Shown here in pieces: positions 11,533 to 23,571 of a stretch of DNA of 64,000 nucleotides. Each line of letters begins with the position of its first letter. The first letter of the stretch is position 1. The position numbers and the translations under genes were made by a program. The DNA is from Macrostomum lignano. Lineage: Eukaryota. The stretch is from NCBI GenBank assembly GCA_002269645.1, contig NIVC01001641.1, positions 124,001 through 188,000 on the forward strand. The letters are read 5' to 3'. The notes under the pieces are model-generated. The model ran no database searches. It was not told the DNA's origin and saw only the letters and a list, made by a program, of their open reading frames with translations.

Positions 11533-13918
11533 CATAGGCCTAATTCATTTTGCATATTAACTTAACAGTTGAGGCTAGGCCCTAGGCTTAGTTCTATTTA
11601 TTAAAATAACTTAGTACAACTTAACTTTTACAAAAGGGAGCCAAGATATTAAAAGTACTCAATTTGCTCTTAGAAGTTAGAGTATTCCTTTTAATGTGTT
11701 TAAATGAATTATAAAAAAATTACTTTGGTTATAGTCAATTCAGTAACAATAGGCCCTAGTAGTTGCTTTGGTGACATTCATTGTAGTAACAGGTTAGGGC
11801 CTTGCCCTATTCAATGCGGCAATTATCAAGTTTTATTTGTAACATTTTGACTCTAAAAATATTTTGTATCAAATTTGTATCAAAATATTTTAAATACAAA
11901 TAAATACTTTTAAGAGACTTAAGCCTGATCAAGCACTAATTCTAAGCCTATGCTTCAAAACTTATTATAATGTATCTGATACCAGAAAGTTATAATAAGG
12001 CAATAGGCCTAGCCTAGTCTATGGCCAAAATGTTTAAACATTTTTTTGACTAATAATAGGCCTATACTATAATGTATAAAGCTTTTGCTATTCATTGGCA
12101 GTTTGCCTATAGACTAAAATACCTTTTATTTGTTTTTGTTAAGACTTGTTCACCCAGTGAGAAAAAGGTTGATGGCTCTGTCAATAATATTGCGGTCGTA
12201 TCGTAGGCAAGCTGCCATCAAGATATATCAAGAAATGCTAGCAGCCTGCCAATGTTTTTCCCACTGGGAAGCTATAAACAATAAGCTATAGACAATATGA
12301 CTTTTTAACTTTATATTTAACTTTTGTGCAATTAACCAGTAGCGCACTGAGCTTTTTTCCACACATAGTCACTATTGATACCAATATAGCTAAAGTGGCA
12401 ATATATGCTACTTATTTGCCACTTGATTTATTTTTTGAAAAACTTTTACTGAGCTCACTAAATAGTCCAAGGAGCTATGCAAAACCATAAGTTGACTATT
12501 TTGTTGTAGAAATATGTTGCAACAAAAATGCATGCTACTTCTCTGGTGGCAATTGCTGGTGGCCTGCCCAGGGCCCATTCTCACTTTCCTACTGGGCATT
12601 TGATAATGTTTTGACCATAGACTAGGCCTATTATAGCTTTTCAATGTTATATAAATTATAACAAGTTTTGAAGCATAGTACTATTAGTGCCTAATTATGT
12701 TTGTCTCTTAAAAATAGTTATTTGTACTTAATATAGTTTGTATAATACTTTTTAGAGTCAAAATAATTTAACAAATGGAACTTGACAATTGCCCTTAATG
12801 TTTATAAATATAATAAGTAAAAAGTAGGCCCACTAGGCCTATTTAAAAAAAGAATGATAAGAGAATGATAAAGCATTATTTATTATCATCAAAAGCAACT
12901 AAAGCTTAGGCCCTTATAAATATTAGACATTTAGCCTAGTATTCATTATATATTTGATTTAGCCCAAAGTAATTTATTACCAAAACAGATATTTGATATC
13001 AATCATATTGATTAAGGCCTATTTCCAAACTAGGCCTAAATCAACTAATTGTTACCAGAGACAAAATAACTGGTTCTTGATTCATTTTTAATGTCTAAAG
13101 TATTTATTTAATCTTTAATGGCAATATCAATGACAATGATAATATAATTGTCTTTATTTATAAATAAATAGCGACTTACATGTGTGTGTTGCCTATAGAA
13201 ATGGCCAGGTGATTCCCAAGGTTGCACACTTATGTATGCCAGGATATACACTAATGTGTGCTGAAAAATGATAAGTATCCTTGTTATATGTCAGGAAATC
13301 CTAGCATACATGTCACTTTCCAAACTATGGCATATATTATAAAGCTTATTTTTCATAATGAAATATTGCTAAGTCATAAAAAGAGATATCCCTAATGGCA
13401 TCATTTTTTGGTACAAGTATAAATGATATCATTTGAAGGGACTTTACTTAATTATCTTCCAAACAATATATTTTAATGGATGACTGCAATTATTAAATTG
13501 TATAATTTATGATTTATCCAATATTTATTTTATGGATAATTGATAGATTGGTTATTAGATAAAAAAACAAAAAAACTATGCTTAGGAAGATGTGAGTATT
13601 ATTTTAGATTTGTTCATATTTCTAGTACTACTTAGTAGCTAGCACTTATTAAAAAGAGATTTTTATCTTATTATCACATTATAAACAAATGTGCAACTGC
13701 TAGTCGACCTGGCCAATACTACCTTAATTCGTGGTGGACCAGGGATAAGTTGCAAAAATGCCCATCCCAAAGATTGAATACAGATGTAGTACTAATTAGT
13801 ACTAAAAATGCATTACGAATTCCTGCAAAGGGTGGCAACACCTGTGCTTCAACCGCACCATTTTCTTAGCTTAGCTGCTAAGGACAGTAATTAGCCATTG
13901 ATCAGCGCTATCCAGAGG

Positions 13919-14744
13919 ATGTCTGTCAGCCAGCCATCTAGTAGCAATGAAGATGCGTCCAGTGCATTGGCGCAGCAGAATTCAGCTGGTCCCAATGCCG
14001 CCGCTCCCGTGATAGATGCGCCACTGCCTAAAGAGAATCCCTGGCTGAAGAAGATCATTGCCAGCGCCGAGCCTGGGCCGTCGGTCTTGAAGAAGAAGAT
14101 GCCGGCCCCTGCTCATGCTCAGCAGCAGCAGCAGCAATACCATCAGCAGAGACAGCAGAGACCTGCCAGGCAGCAGCAGCAGCAGCCAGCAGCTGAGCAC
14201 AAGAAGCGTTTAGCATTCGCCGATCAGCAGGAGTCGGCTGGCTTCAAAGCCAAAACCGCCGCCTCTGCCACAGCCGCAGCCAACGAGGACTGGCCAACGC
14301 TGAACCAGTCGTCAGCTTCTAACAACGCTGTTTCTGGCAAAGCCGCAAGCCTCGGCGAAGATCGCGCCAGCAAAAGTAATCAAGAAAATACCGCTTGGCA
14401 ACAACTCGATCAAAAACTCGATCATGCTGGCCAAGAGCAGCAAGAAGCGGCTCCAGCAGGCAATGGCAGCTCTGTAATGCCGCCACCCCGCCGTCAGCCT
14501 GGCCAGCCGATCCGTCCTGCCCGACCTTTCAAACGATTCGCTCGCACTGGGCGTGCAAAACAGCAGCAACAGCAGCAGCATCACCAGCAGCTGCGTCAGA
14601 ATCAGCAGGGTGCCAATAATCAACGCGTGGCTCGGATGCACAACTTTCCTAACAACCGCCCGGCTGCTCGCAACGGCGCCTTCAGACGGTTGCACGGTGG
14701 TGGCCTCGGCGACAGTCTGAAGGATATCGAGATTTCTCGATGCG
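13919..14744 (+). CDS. LARP1: La-related protein 1, coding exon 1 (N-terminal disordered region, KENPW and DWPTL motifs)
   Basis: ATG at 13919 in ORF 13898-14797; donor G|GTCAGT at 14745; phase 1. An upstream coding exon cannot be excluded. Confidence 0.8.
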
Positions 14745-14793
14745 GTCAGTGGCTCAGATTGGATGATCCCGATTGGGGCAGAGGGGCTCACGG

Positions 14794-16112
14794 TTAGACA
14801 GACAAGCAGATAGAGAGCCACAGGTAGACAGGTAGATTTACAGACACGGGTAGATAGACAAGCAGATAGACAGCCACAGGTAGACAGGCAGATAGACAGG
14901 CAGATTGACAGACACAGGTAGACAGGCAGATAGACAGACACAGGTTGACAGGCAGATTTACAGACACAGGTTGACAGGCAGATAGACGGACACAGGTTGA
15001 CAGGCAGATTTACAGACACAGGTTGACAGGCAGATTGACAGACACAGGTAGACAGGCAGATAGACAGACACAGGTTGACAGGCAGATTGACAGACACAGG
15101 TAGACAGGCAGATAGACAGACACAGGTAGACAGGCAGATAGACAGACACAGGTTGACAGGCAGATTGACAGACACAGGTAGACAGACAGATAGACAGACA
15201 CAGGTTGACAGGCAGATTGACAGACACAGGTAGACAGGCAGATAGACAGACACAGGTTGACAGGCAGATTTACAGACACAGGTTGACAGGCAGATTTGCA
15301 GACACAGGTAGACAGGCAGATTTGCAGACACAGGTAGACAGGCAGATTGTCAGACACAGGTAGACAGGCAGATTTACAGACACAGGTAGACAGGCAGATT
15401 TACAGACACAGGTAGACAGGCAGATTGACAGACGCAGGTAGACAGGCAGATAGACAGACACAGGTAGACAGGCAGATAGACAGACACAGGTAGACAGGCA
15501 GATAGACAGGTTGACAGGCAGATAGACAGACACAGGTTGACAGGCAGATTGACAGACACAGGTAGACAGGCAGATAGACAGACACAGGTAGACAGGCAGA
15601 TTGACAGACACAGGTAGATAGACAGATAGACAGACACAGGTAGACAGGCAGATAGACACAGGTTGACAGGCAGATTGACAGACACAGGTAGACAGGCAGA
15701 TAGACAGACACAGGTAGACAGGCAGATAGACAGACACAGGTAGACAGGCAGATAGACAGGTTGACAGGCAGATAGACAGACACAGGTTGACAGGCAGATT
15801 GACAGACACAGGTAGACAGGCAGATAGACAGACACAGGTAGACAGGCAGATAGACAGGCAGATTGACAGACACAGGTAGACAGGCAGATAGACACAGGTT
15901 GACAGGCAGATTGACAGACACAGGTAGACAGGCAGATAGACAGGCAGATTGACAGACACAGGTAGACAGGCAGATAGACAGACACAGGTAGACAGGCAGA
16001 TTGACAGACACAGGTAGATAGACAGATAGACAGACACAGGTAGACAGGCAGATAGACACAGGTTGACAGGCAGATTGACAGACACAGGTAGACAGGCAGA
16101 CAGACAGACAGA
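14794..16112. repeat. ~26-bp minisatellite (GACAGGCAGATAGACAGACACAGGTA), LARP1 intron 1
   Basis: Direct tandem repeats; source of the spurious minus-strand CLS/VNLP ORFs. Confidence 0.95.
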
Positions 16113-16268
16113 AGGTAGTCATAAGTTTCAATAGCACTGCAAAACAGGAAGGCAAATAGATCGGCAGATAGGCAGATTAGTAATTAAAAGTCTAAGTCTA
16201 CGAATTACACCCCTGTGTGGCCACTTGCTAGTTTTTTTAATTCGGCAGTGCGATTCCCAAGGTCGCAG

Positions 16269-16496
16269 ATTCTGTACCTGCTATTTCCCTCGTTCCTTCG
16301 TCAGTCGCCTCAACCAAATCGGACGATAGCGACGACAACCCGTACTACTGCCTGCCTTACTACGATGACCAGACCTTGCCGGCCTTCACTGGCAATGCTG
16401 TGGCTTCAAATATTACGGAGAACGGATCGCGTCAGCTGGGCGCCGCGCCTGGCGTGTACAAACCGGCCAATGTGATCGCCGATGGCGCCTTGCCCG
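16269..16496 (+). CDS. LARP1: LARP1 exon 2
   Basis: Acceptor gtcgcag|AT and donor G|GTGAGG; 228 nt, phase 1/1, open frame DSVPAIS...GALP. Confidence 0.75.
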
Positions 16497-16588
16497 GTGA
16501 GGCTTTGAGAAATTTAGTGCATGTGGACTAGCACAGGAACCCCATGCAATATTTAGTTATATAGAATAGCAATATTTAGTTATATAGA

Positions 16589-17168
16589 CTCAATGAGCCT
16601 ATAGAAATCTGAACAATACCCAATGAGCATATAAGAATCAGAGCAATACACAATGAGCCTATAGAAACCTGAGCAATACCCAATGAGCCTATAGAAACCT
16701 GAGCAATACCCAATGAGCCTATAGAAACCTGAGCAATACCCAATGAGCCTATAGAAACCTAAGCAATACACAATGAGCCTATAGAAACCTGAGCAATACC
16801 CAATGAGCCTATAGAAACCTAAGCAATACACAATGAGCCTATAGAAACCTAAGCAATACCCAATGAGCCTATAGAAACCTAAGCAATACCCAATGAGCCT
16901 ATAGAAACCTAAGCAATACCCAATGAGCCTATAGAAACCTAAGCAATACCCAATGAGCCTATAGAAACCTAAGCAATACCCAATGAGCCTATAGAAACCC
17001 AAGCAGTACCCAATGAGCCTATAGAAACCTGAGCAATACACAATGAGCATATAAGAATCAGAGCAATACCCAATGAGCCTATAGAAACCTGAGCAATACA
17101 CAATGAGCCTATAGAAATCTGAGCAATACCCAATGAGCCTATATGAATCTGAGCAATACCCAATGCAC
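16589..17168. repeat. 30-bp minisatellite (CAATGAGCCTATAGAAACCTGAGCAATACC), LARP1 intron 2
   Basis: About 19 tandem copies. Confidence 0.95.
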
Positions 17169-17404
17169 CTATACTCGCAGAAATCTGAGCGATGACCCTA
17201 TGAGAGTTTATAATCATAGTAAATATCCCATGACCTACATCATGCACCTTTGGCGTCTAAATGCACTTAAACGGAGCCTCCATGAACGGATAGCTTCAGT
17301 TCGTTTTAACTGTCAATATATTCTGTGTTTTTTCTACTACTATTAGTAGTTGGCACTGAAACCTGAAGCTCTGTTAACCCTCATGCATTATCTGGCAACT
17401 GCAG

Positions 17405-17781
17405 AGGGCCTGGCCCTGATGTACGCCAGCAGCGGTCACATGCAAGACTTCATGCCCATCGATGAGCTCGTCGACCCGGTCACGGGCACCAGATCCGTCA
17501 TAGTTAACGGCTTGTTCTTCTTCCCGGAAAATTTCGACAGCGACGCCATGTGCGACGTTGTGTTCACGCAGATTCGCAAACAGATTGAGTTCTACTTCTC
17601 CGATGACAATCTCAATCACGACCTGTTCCTGCGCAGCATCATGGATAGCGAGGGCTACGTCAGCCTGCAGACGCTAGCGGGTTTCAATCGGGTCAACTAT
17701 TTGAGCAGCGGCAATATTGAGGATGTGGCCGCTGCTATTGATGCTAGCCACGACCTGGAGCTGAGTCCGGATAGGACTAAG
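17405..17781 (+). CDS. LARP1: LARP1 exon 3, La motif
   Basis: IRKQIEFYFSDDNLNHDLFLRSIMDSEGYVSLQTLAGFNRV is a La motif; ctgcag| acceptor and AAG|GTGAGG donor. Confidence 0.95.
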
Positions 17782-17807
17782 GTGAGGCTTTTGCCCAGCT
17801 TAGCGGC

Positions 17808-18553
17808 TGCTGGGTCAGCGGTTGGGATAAGTTGGGTCACAGTTGCTGATTGCTGGGTCAGCAGGTGAGATAAGATGGGTCACAGTCGCTGATCAGTGAG
17901 TCAGCAGGTGAGATAAGATGGGTCACAGTCGCTGATCAGTGAGTCAGCAGGTGAGATATGGTGGGTCACAGTCGCTGATCTCTGGGTCAGCAGATGAGAT
18001 ATGGTGGGTCACAGTCGCTGATCTCTGGGTCAGCAGATGAGATATGGTGGGTCACAGTCGCTGATCTCTGGGTCAGCAGATGAGATATGGTGGGTCACAG
18101 TCGCTGATCTCTGGGTCAGCAGATGAGATATGGTGGGTCACAGTCGCTGATCTCTGGGTCAGCAGATGAGATAATATTAGTTAGAGTTGCTGATCTGTGA
18201 GTCAGCAGGTGAGATAAGATGGGTCACAGTCGCTAATCTGTGAGTCAGCAGGTGAGATAAGATGGGTCACAGTCGCTGATCGGTGGGTCGGCAGGTGAGA
18301 TAAGGTGGGTCACAGTCGCTGATCTCTGGGTCAGCAGGTGAGATAAGATGGGTCACAGTCGCTGATCGGTGGGTCGGCAGGTGAGATAAGGTGGGTCACA
18401 GTCGCTGATCGGTGGGTCAGCAGGTGAGATAAGGTGGGTCACAGTCGCTGATCGGTGGGTCAGCAGGTGAGACAAGATTTGTCACAATCACTGATCTGTG
18501 AGTCAGCAGGTGACATAAGATGGGTCACAGTTGCTGATCTGTGAGTCAGCAGG
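17808..18553. repeat. 43-bp minisatellite (GTCAGCAGRTGAGATA..GGGTCACAGTCGCTGATC..), LARP1 intron 3
   Basis: gtcagcag recurs every 43 bp (e.g. 17943, 17986). Confidence 0.95.
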
Positions 18554-18674
18554 TCTGCCACAGTTTATGATCAAGTAGAGTCAGAATCAGGTCAGACTGC
18601 TACAGATGCTGGTACAAGAGATGATTCTTATTTAATCGGAGCCGTCAATCAATCGCACCGCCCGCCTGTCCCAG

Positions 18675-18978
18675 GTGCGCCGGCGCGACAACCCCCACCT
18701 GTGGCCAATCGATCTGGACACGTACGAGCGCGACAAAGTTGATGCCGCTGTGCAGGAGAGCCTGGAGCAGCAGCTGCTGCAGCAACAGCGGCGGGAAGAG
18801 TCTCACGACGAGAATCAGATTGATGATGCCGAGAATCGCAACTATGATGAGGCTGGAGAGATTCTGGCCCCATCTGCGGCCGAGGTCAACAACAATGACG
18901 CGGGCGTTGGAACCGAGCTGCCAGCTCTGAACATCGATGCTCCGGAGTTCGTTCCCGTGTGGGGCGGCGCTGCTCAAG
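18675..18978 (+). CDS. LARP1: LARP1 exon 4 (end of La motif VRRRDNPHLWP; PAM2 motif)
   Basis: cccag|GTG acceptor; matches the LARP1 KVRRREEPEKWP segment; LNIDAPEFVP; donor G|GTTTGT. Confidence 0.92.
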
Positions 18979-19122
18979 GTTTGTTGGTGTCAAAAAAATT
19001 TTATTTTCAACCTGTAACTGTCAGTTAAGCAAAGTTGGCAGTGGTTAGTACATTTCGAATGCAGTCTAGTTGAAGCAATTCATAAACCCTGACAGGTTTT
19101 TTATTTCGCTGGTCAATTTTAG

Positions 19123-19212
19123 TTGCTAACCGGCCGGAGCCGCAGCAGGAGTTGCCTGCGAACGATGCAGCGCAGCATTTCTCGGCCAGTCTGCCTCAGG
19201 ATATTGGCCGAT
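19123..19212 (+). CDS. LARP1: LARP1 exon 5
   Basis: ttttag|TT acceptor and T|GTGAGT donor; 90 nt, phase 1/1; FSASLP motif. Confidence 0.8.
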
Positions 19213-19237
19213 GTGAGTGAAGATCTCTATCTACTGC

Positions 19238-20036
19238 TTAGTTAGTTAGCTAGTCAATTAGTTAGCTAGCTAGTTAGATAGTTAGCTAGTTAGTTAGTTA
19301 GTTATAGCTAGTTAGTTAGTTAGTTAGCTAGTTATTTAGTTAGTTAGTTAGCTAGTTAGTTAGTTAGCTAGTTAGTTAGCTAGTTATTTAGTCAGTTAGT
19401 TAGCTAGCTAGTTAGTTAGTTAGCTAGTTAGTTAGCTAGTTAGTTAGTTAGTTAGCTAGTTAGTTAGCTAGTTATTTAGTTAGTTAGCTAGCTAGTTAGT
19501 TAGTTAGCTAGTTAGTTAGCTAGTTAGTTAGCTAGTTAGTTAGTTAGTTAGCTAGTTAGTTAGTTAGCTAGTTATTTAGTTAGTTAGCTAGTTAGTTAGC
19601 TAGTTAGTTAGCTAGTTAGTTAGATAGTTAGTTAGATAGTTAGTTAGTTAGCTAGTTAGTTAGCTAGTTAGTTAGTTAGTTAGTTAGTTAGCTAGTTAGT
19701 TAGATAGTTAATTAGCTAGTTAGTTAGTTAGTTAGCTAGTTAGTTAGTTAGCTAGTTAGTTAGTTAGTTAGTTAGTTAGCTAGTTAGTTAGCTAGTTAGT
19801 TAGTTAGTTAGCTAGTTAGTTAGTTAGCTAGTTAGTTAGCTAGTTAGTTAGTTAGTTAGCTAGTTAGTTAGTTAGCTAGTTAGTTAGTTAGCTAGTTAGT
19901 TAGCTAGTTAGTTAGTTAGCTAGTTAGTTAGCTAGTTAGTTAGTTATTTAGTTAGCTAGTTAGTTAGTTAGCTAGCTAGTTAGTTAGCTAGTTAGTTAGT
20001 TATTTAGTTAGCTAGTTAGTTAGTTAGCTAGCTAGT
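19238..20036. repeat. (TAGT/TAGC)n tetranucleotide microsatellite, LARP1 intron 5
   Basis: About 800 bp of tagt/tagc units. Confidence 0.97.
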
Positions 20037-20533
20037 TCGCTCGACGAGCCTTGGTTCAATTCCTTCGGGGAAATTGTCCAAGGAGGGCTTGTGCGATTCA
20101 CACCCGTGATGGGCCAACCCCAAAGGCCTGACGATTAGAAAGTCAGGGCCGCTGTACATGTACACCCTGTGTGAGCGTGTGTAGAAGTGCCTGTCTGCGT
20201 ACAGTACTGGTGCGCTTGTACATGTATGTGCTCAGTAGTTAGCGCTAGTTGTCGGACGATGTCGCTGAGGCTGCCCCTCCTGCAATTAATATTCTCACTG
20301 TTAGCTAGTCAGTCTGTACAGAGCGGCTCTCTTACCTTTTCATAATCAGACAGTGTACACACACTGGCCGCGTGTGCAGAATCGAACCCACGACCTGTTA
20401 CCACTGAAAGCTGCTCAGATTTTACTACTTATTTAGTAGCTTAGCAGATTCATTTACTTGAAATTACTCAACATAGAGTAGAGAGATACAAGAAATTCCA
20501 ATAAAAAATCATGGCGACGTTCCGTTCCCATAG

Positions 20534-21278
20534 CAACCGCATCGGACTCGAGGACAGCGCAGACGGGCTCAGACGCCGACAGTCAGGAGTGGACGCAGGT
20601 GGTGCAGCGTCGGCGTTCTAGAAGGCGCTCTGGCGGCGGCGGAGTTTCCGGTTCCAGCGCTTCCGCCCCGCAGCAGGCGCAGCAGCAGCAGGATGAGCTC
20701 GACTTCATGTTCGACTGCGAGACCGAGCCGTCGGCCTCGTTGCAGCCGCCGCCTGGCTCGGCGTCCGGCCGCGGTGGTGGCAGCGCCGGCGGTGGCGGCA
20801 GCAGCCGGTCCCGGGCGATCTCAACCACCGAGGACGAAGTGTCCGAGTCCGATCTCAACCGGCTCATCATTGTGGCGCCCTACGGCGGCGGTGGCGCTTC
20901 GGGATCGGGCGGTTCAGCGGCTGGCACTTTGCAGCAGCGGCACGGAGGCGGCGGCAGCGGCGCCACGGCGAAGCACCCGGGCGGAGACCGGCGCTCGGCG
21001 GCTGACCACGTGCCGAGGTGCAACCGGATGACTCACGAGCTCGCCAGGCAGATTGACGACGGCTTGGTGAACTACGAGGCCGAGATCTGGCGCGTTGCTG
21101 GCGCCAGCGGCGGGTCGGCTGCCGCGGCAGCGGAAATCTCGCCATCGTCGTCGGTGACATCGTCAGCCGCTTCAATCGGCGGCGGGCATCGCAAAGTGCA
21201 GCTGGTATCGGAGGAGAGGCTTCGGGCGGCTCAGAGGAGCCTGTCGGGCTCGCGGGAGCATCTGCAGCCTCCGCAGCA

Positions 21279-21320
<42 letters not shown>

Positions 21321-21548
21321 CCCGTCCTCCGCCTACTCAGCGATGGGCCAGGCTGGCCGCCCCTCCGGCCGGTTCTTTCCCGTGTACGCCGAGAAGCAGG
21401 TCAGCCAGCCGCCAAGGGAGGGCGCACCCAGGAAGCAGAAGACTCGGCACAGCGCTAACCCGCCCCAGGAGCAGAGCATTGGCTACGTGTTCGACGTCAG
21501 GGAGCACCGGGTTCGGTCCAGGACCTCCTCTACTAGCAGCAACTACAG
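20534..21548 (+). CDS. LARP1: LARP1 exon 6 (central conserved blocks, poly-Pro)
   Basis: DELDFMFD, HPGGDR, ELARQIDDGLVNYE, RFFPV and PRKQKTRHSANPP match LARP1-family blocks; cccatag| acceptor and AG|GTGCAG donor. Confidence 0.93.
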
Positions 21549-21585
21549 GTGCAGAAGGCGGTAGAGGAATGCAGCATAATTATCC

Positions 21586-22352
21586 CTGAGCTTCACAAAC
21601 TGATTGGAGCTTCACAACCCTGAGCTTCACAAACCCTGAGATTCAAAGACCCTGAGCTTCACAAACCCTAAGCTTGACAAACCCTGAGATTCACAAACCC
21701 TGAGCTTCACAAACCCTGAGATTCACAAACCCTGAGCTTCACAAACTGATTGAGATTCACAAACCCTGATCTCCACAAACCCTGAGATTCACAAACCCTG
21801 AGATTCACAAACCCTGAGATTCACAAACCCTGATCTTCACAAACTCATTGAGATTCACAAACCCTGATCTTCACAAACCCTGAGATTCACAAACCCTGAG
21901 ATTCACAAACCCTGAGCTTCACAAACTGATTGAGATTCACAAACCCTGATCTTCACAAACCCTGAGCTTCACAAACTGATTGAGATTCACAAACCCTGAG
22001 ATTCACAAACCCTGGGATTTACAAACCCTGAGATTCACAAACCCTGAGCTTCACAAACTGATTGAGATTCACAAACCCTGATCTTTACAAACCCTGAGAT
22101 TTACAAACCCTGAGATTCACAAATCCTGAGCTTCACAAACTGATTGAGATTCACAAATCCTGAGCTTCACAAACTGATTGAGATTCACAAACCCTGAGAT
22201 TCACAAACCCTGGGATTTACAAACCCTGAGATTCACAAACCCTGATCTTCACAAACTCTGGGATTTACAAACCCTGAGCTTCACAAACCCTGATCTTTAC
22301 AAACCCTGAGATTCACAAACCCTGAGATTCACAAACCCTGATCTTCACAAAC
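21586..22352. repeat. 16-bp minisatellite (CACAAACCCTGAGATT), LARP1 intron 6
   Basis: Tandem units with 16-bp period. Confidence 0.95.
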
Positions 22353-22483
22353 CATGTGATCAGCGGGATATACGATTCAATTATTATTATAAAGAAATAC
22401 TGTTTTACATCACGTCAAATTCACCGCTCGTTAACAACTGCCCATTCAACTGTTGGAATCTCTATCCCTCTGCCTTCATCCAG

Positions 22484-22641
22484 CGAGTTCAGCTCTGTGG
22501 CCTCCAGCCTGCCCAACAATCTGCCCAGCTGCGTGCCCCAGTGCCCGCCTGCCACCGGCGTGCACCCTTCGCAGGTGCTGCTTCAGGAGCAGGGCTTCAA
22601 CTTTGTCGATTATAACCATTATCATAGGCGCTGTCTGCAAG
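22484..22641 (+). CDS. LARP1: LARP1 exon 7 (start of DM15 region)
   Basis: HPSQVLLQEQGFNFVDYNHYHRRCL; catccag| acceptor and G|GTGAGC donor. Confidence 0.93.
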
Positions 22642-22705
22642 GTGAGCATTGACCATTGGATAGTCTCAACTTTATCGTCAGATATTCCCACCATTTAGTT
22701 TAGAT

Positions 22706-23060
22706 TATCTCACCCTCTATTCAAATTTCGCCTACATTCACATCTCACCCTCCATTCACATCTCCCCCTACATTCACATCTTACCCTCCATTGACATCTC
22801 ACACTCCATTCATATCTCACCCTCTATTTCACATCTCATCCTCCATTCACATTCTAATCCTCTATTCACATCTCACCCTACATTCACACCTCACCCTACA
22901 TTCACATCTCACCCTACATTCACATCTCACCCTACATTCACATCTCACCCTCCTTTCAAATCTCACCCTGTATTCACATCTCACAGTCCATTCACATCTC
23001 ACCCTCTATTCACATCTCATCCTCAATTCACATCTAATCCTGCATTCACATCCCACTCTC
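22706..23060. repeat. 18-bp minisatellite (CATTCACATCTCACCCTA), LARP1 intron 7
   Basis: Degenerate tandem units. Confidence 0.9.
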
Positions 23061-23093
23061 CATTCTCATCACGCCGCCCTTCACCGCCGCCAG

Positions 23094-23485
23094 ACCGCGA
23101 GAAGGAAGGCCCGGGCCACTCGCAGGAGATGAACACCCTGTACCGGTTCTGGTCATTCTTCCTGCGCGACAACTTCAACTGGAAGATGTACCACGAGTTC
23201 CGCCGGGTGGCTCTGGAGGACAGCGCCGCCGGGCACCGCTACGGCCTAGAGTGCCTGTTCCGCTTCTATTCCTACGGCCTGGAGAAGCGCTTCCGCAAGG
23301 ACATCTTCCGCGACTTCAACGAGGAGACGCTGAAAGACTTCAAATCTGGCCAGCTGTACGGTCTGGAGAAGTTCTGGGCGCTGTTTAGATACTCAACTAT
23401 CGATCCCGATGCTCTGGAGATGAGCCCCGTGCTCAGGGAGGCCCTGACTCGCTACACTTCTATTGAGCACTTTAGAAGCGATAAG
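23094..23485 (+). CDS. LARP1: LARP1 exon 8, DM15 repeats (cap/TOP-binding)
   Basis: [18 protein letters not shown]...[20 protein letters not shown]...LYGLEKFWA; ccgccag| acceptor and AAG|GTACGT donor. Confidence 0.97.
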
Positions 23486-23571
23486 GTACGTCACGGAGTC
23501 TTTGTTCATCTGTTTTTGCTAATTCTTGTGCTTTTAGAGTCCTTGCCTAATATGATTGATGCCTAGCATCA

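Noticed and set aside
14312-16155. Long minus-strand ORFs (up to 339 aa) of CLS/VNLP repeats
   Set aside because: Translations of the intron 1 minisatellite, open in several frames at once, antisense to LARP1.
16580-17101. 173-aa YRLIGYCLGF repeat ORF
   Set aside because: The 30-bp unit is a multiple of 3, so the frame stays open trivially; intronic and antisense.
21586-22352. AAACCCT (plant telomere/telo-box) in each unit
   Set aside because: One heptamer per 16-bp unit, not tandem telomeric repeat, and the wrong telomere type for a metazoan.
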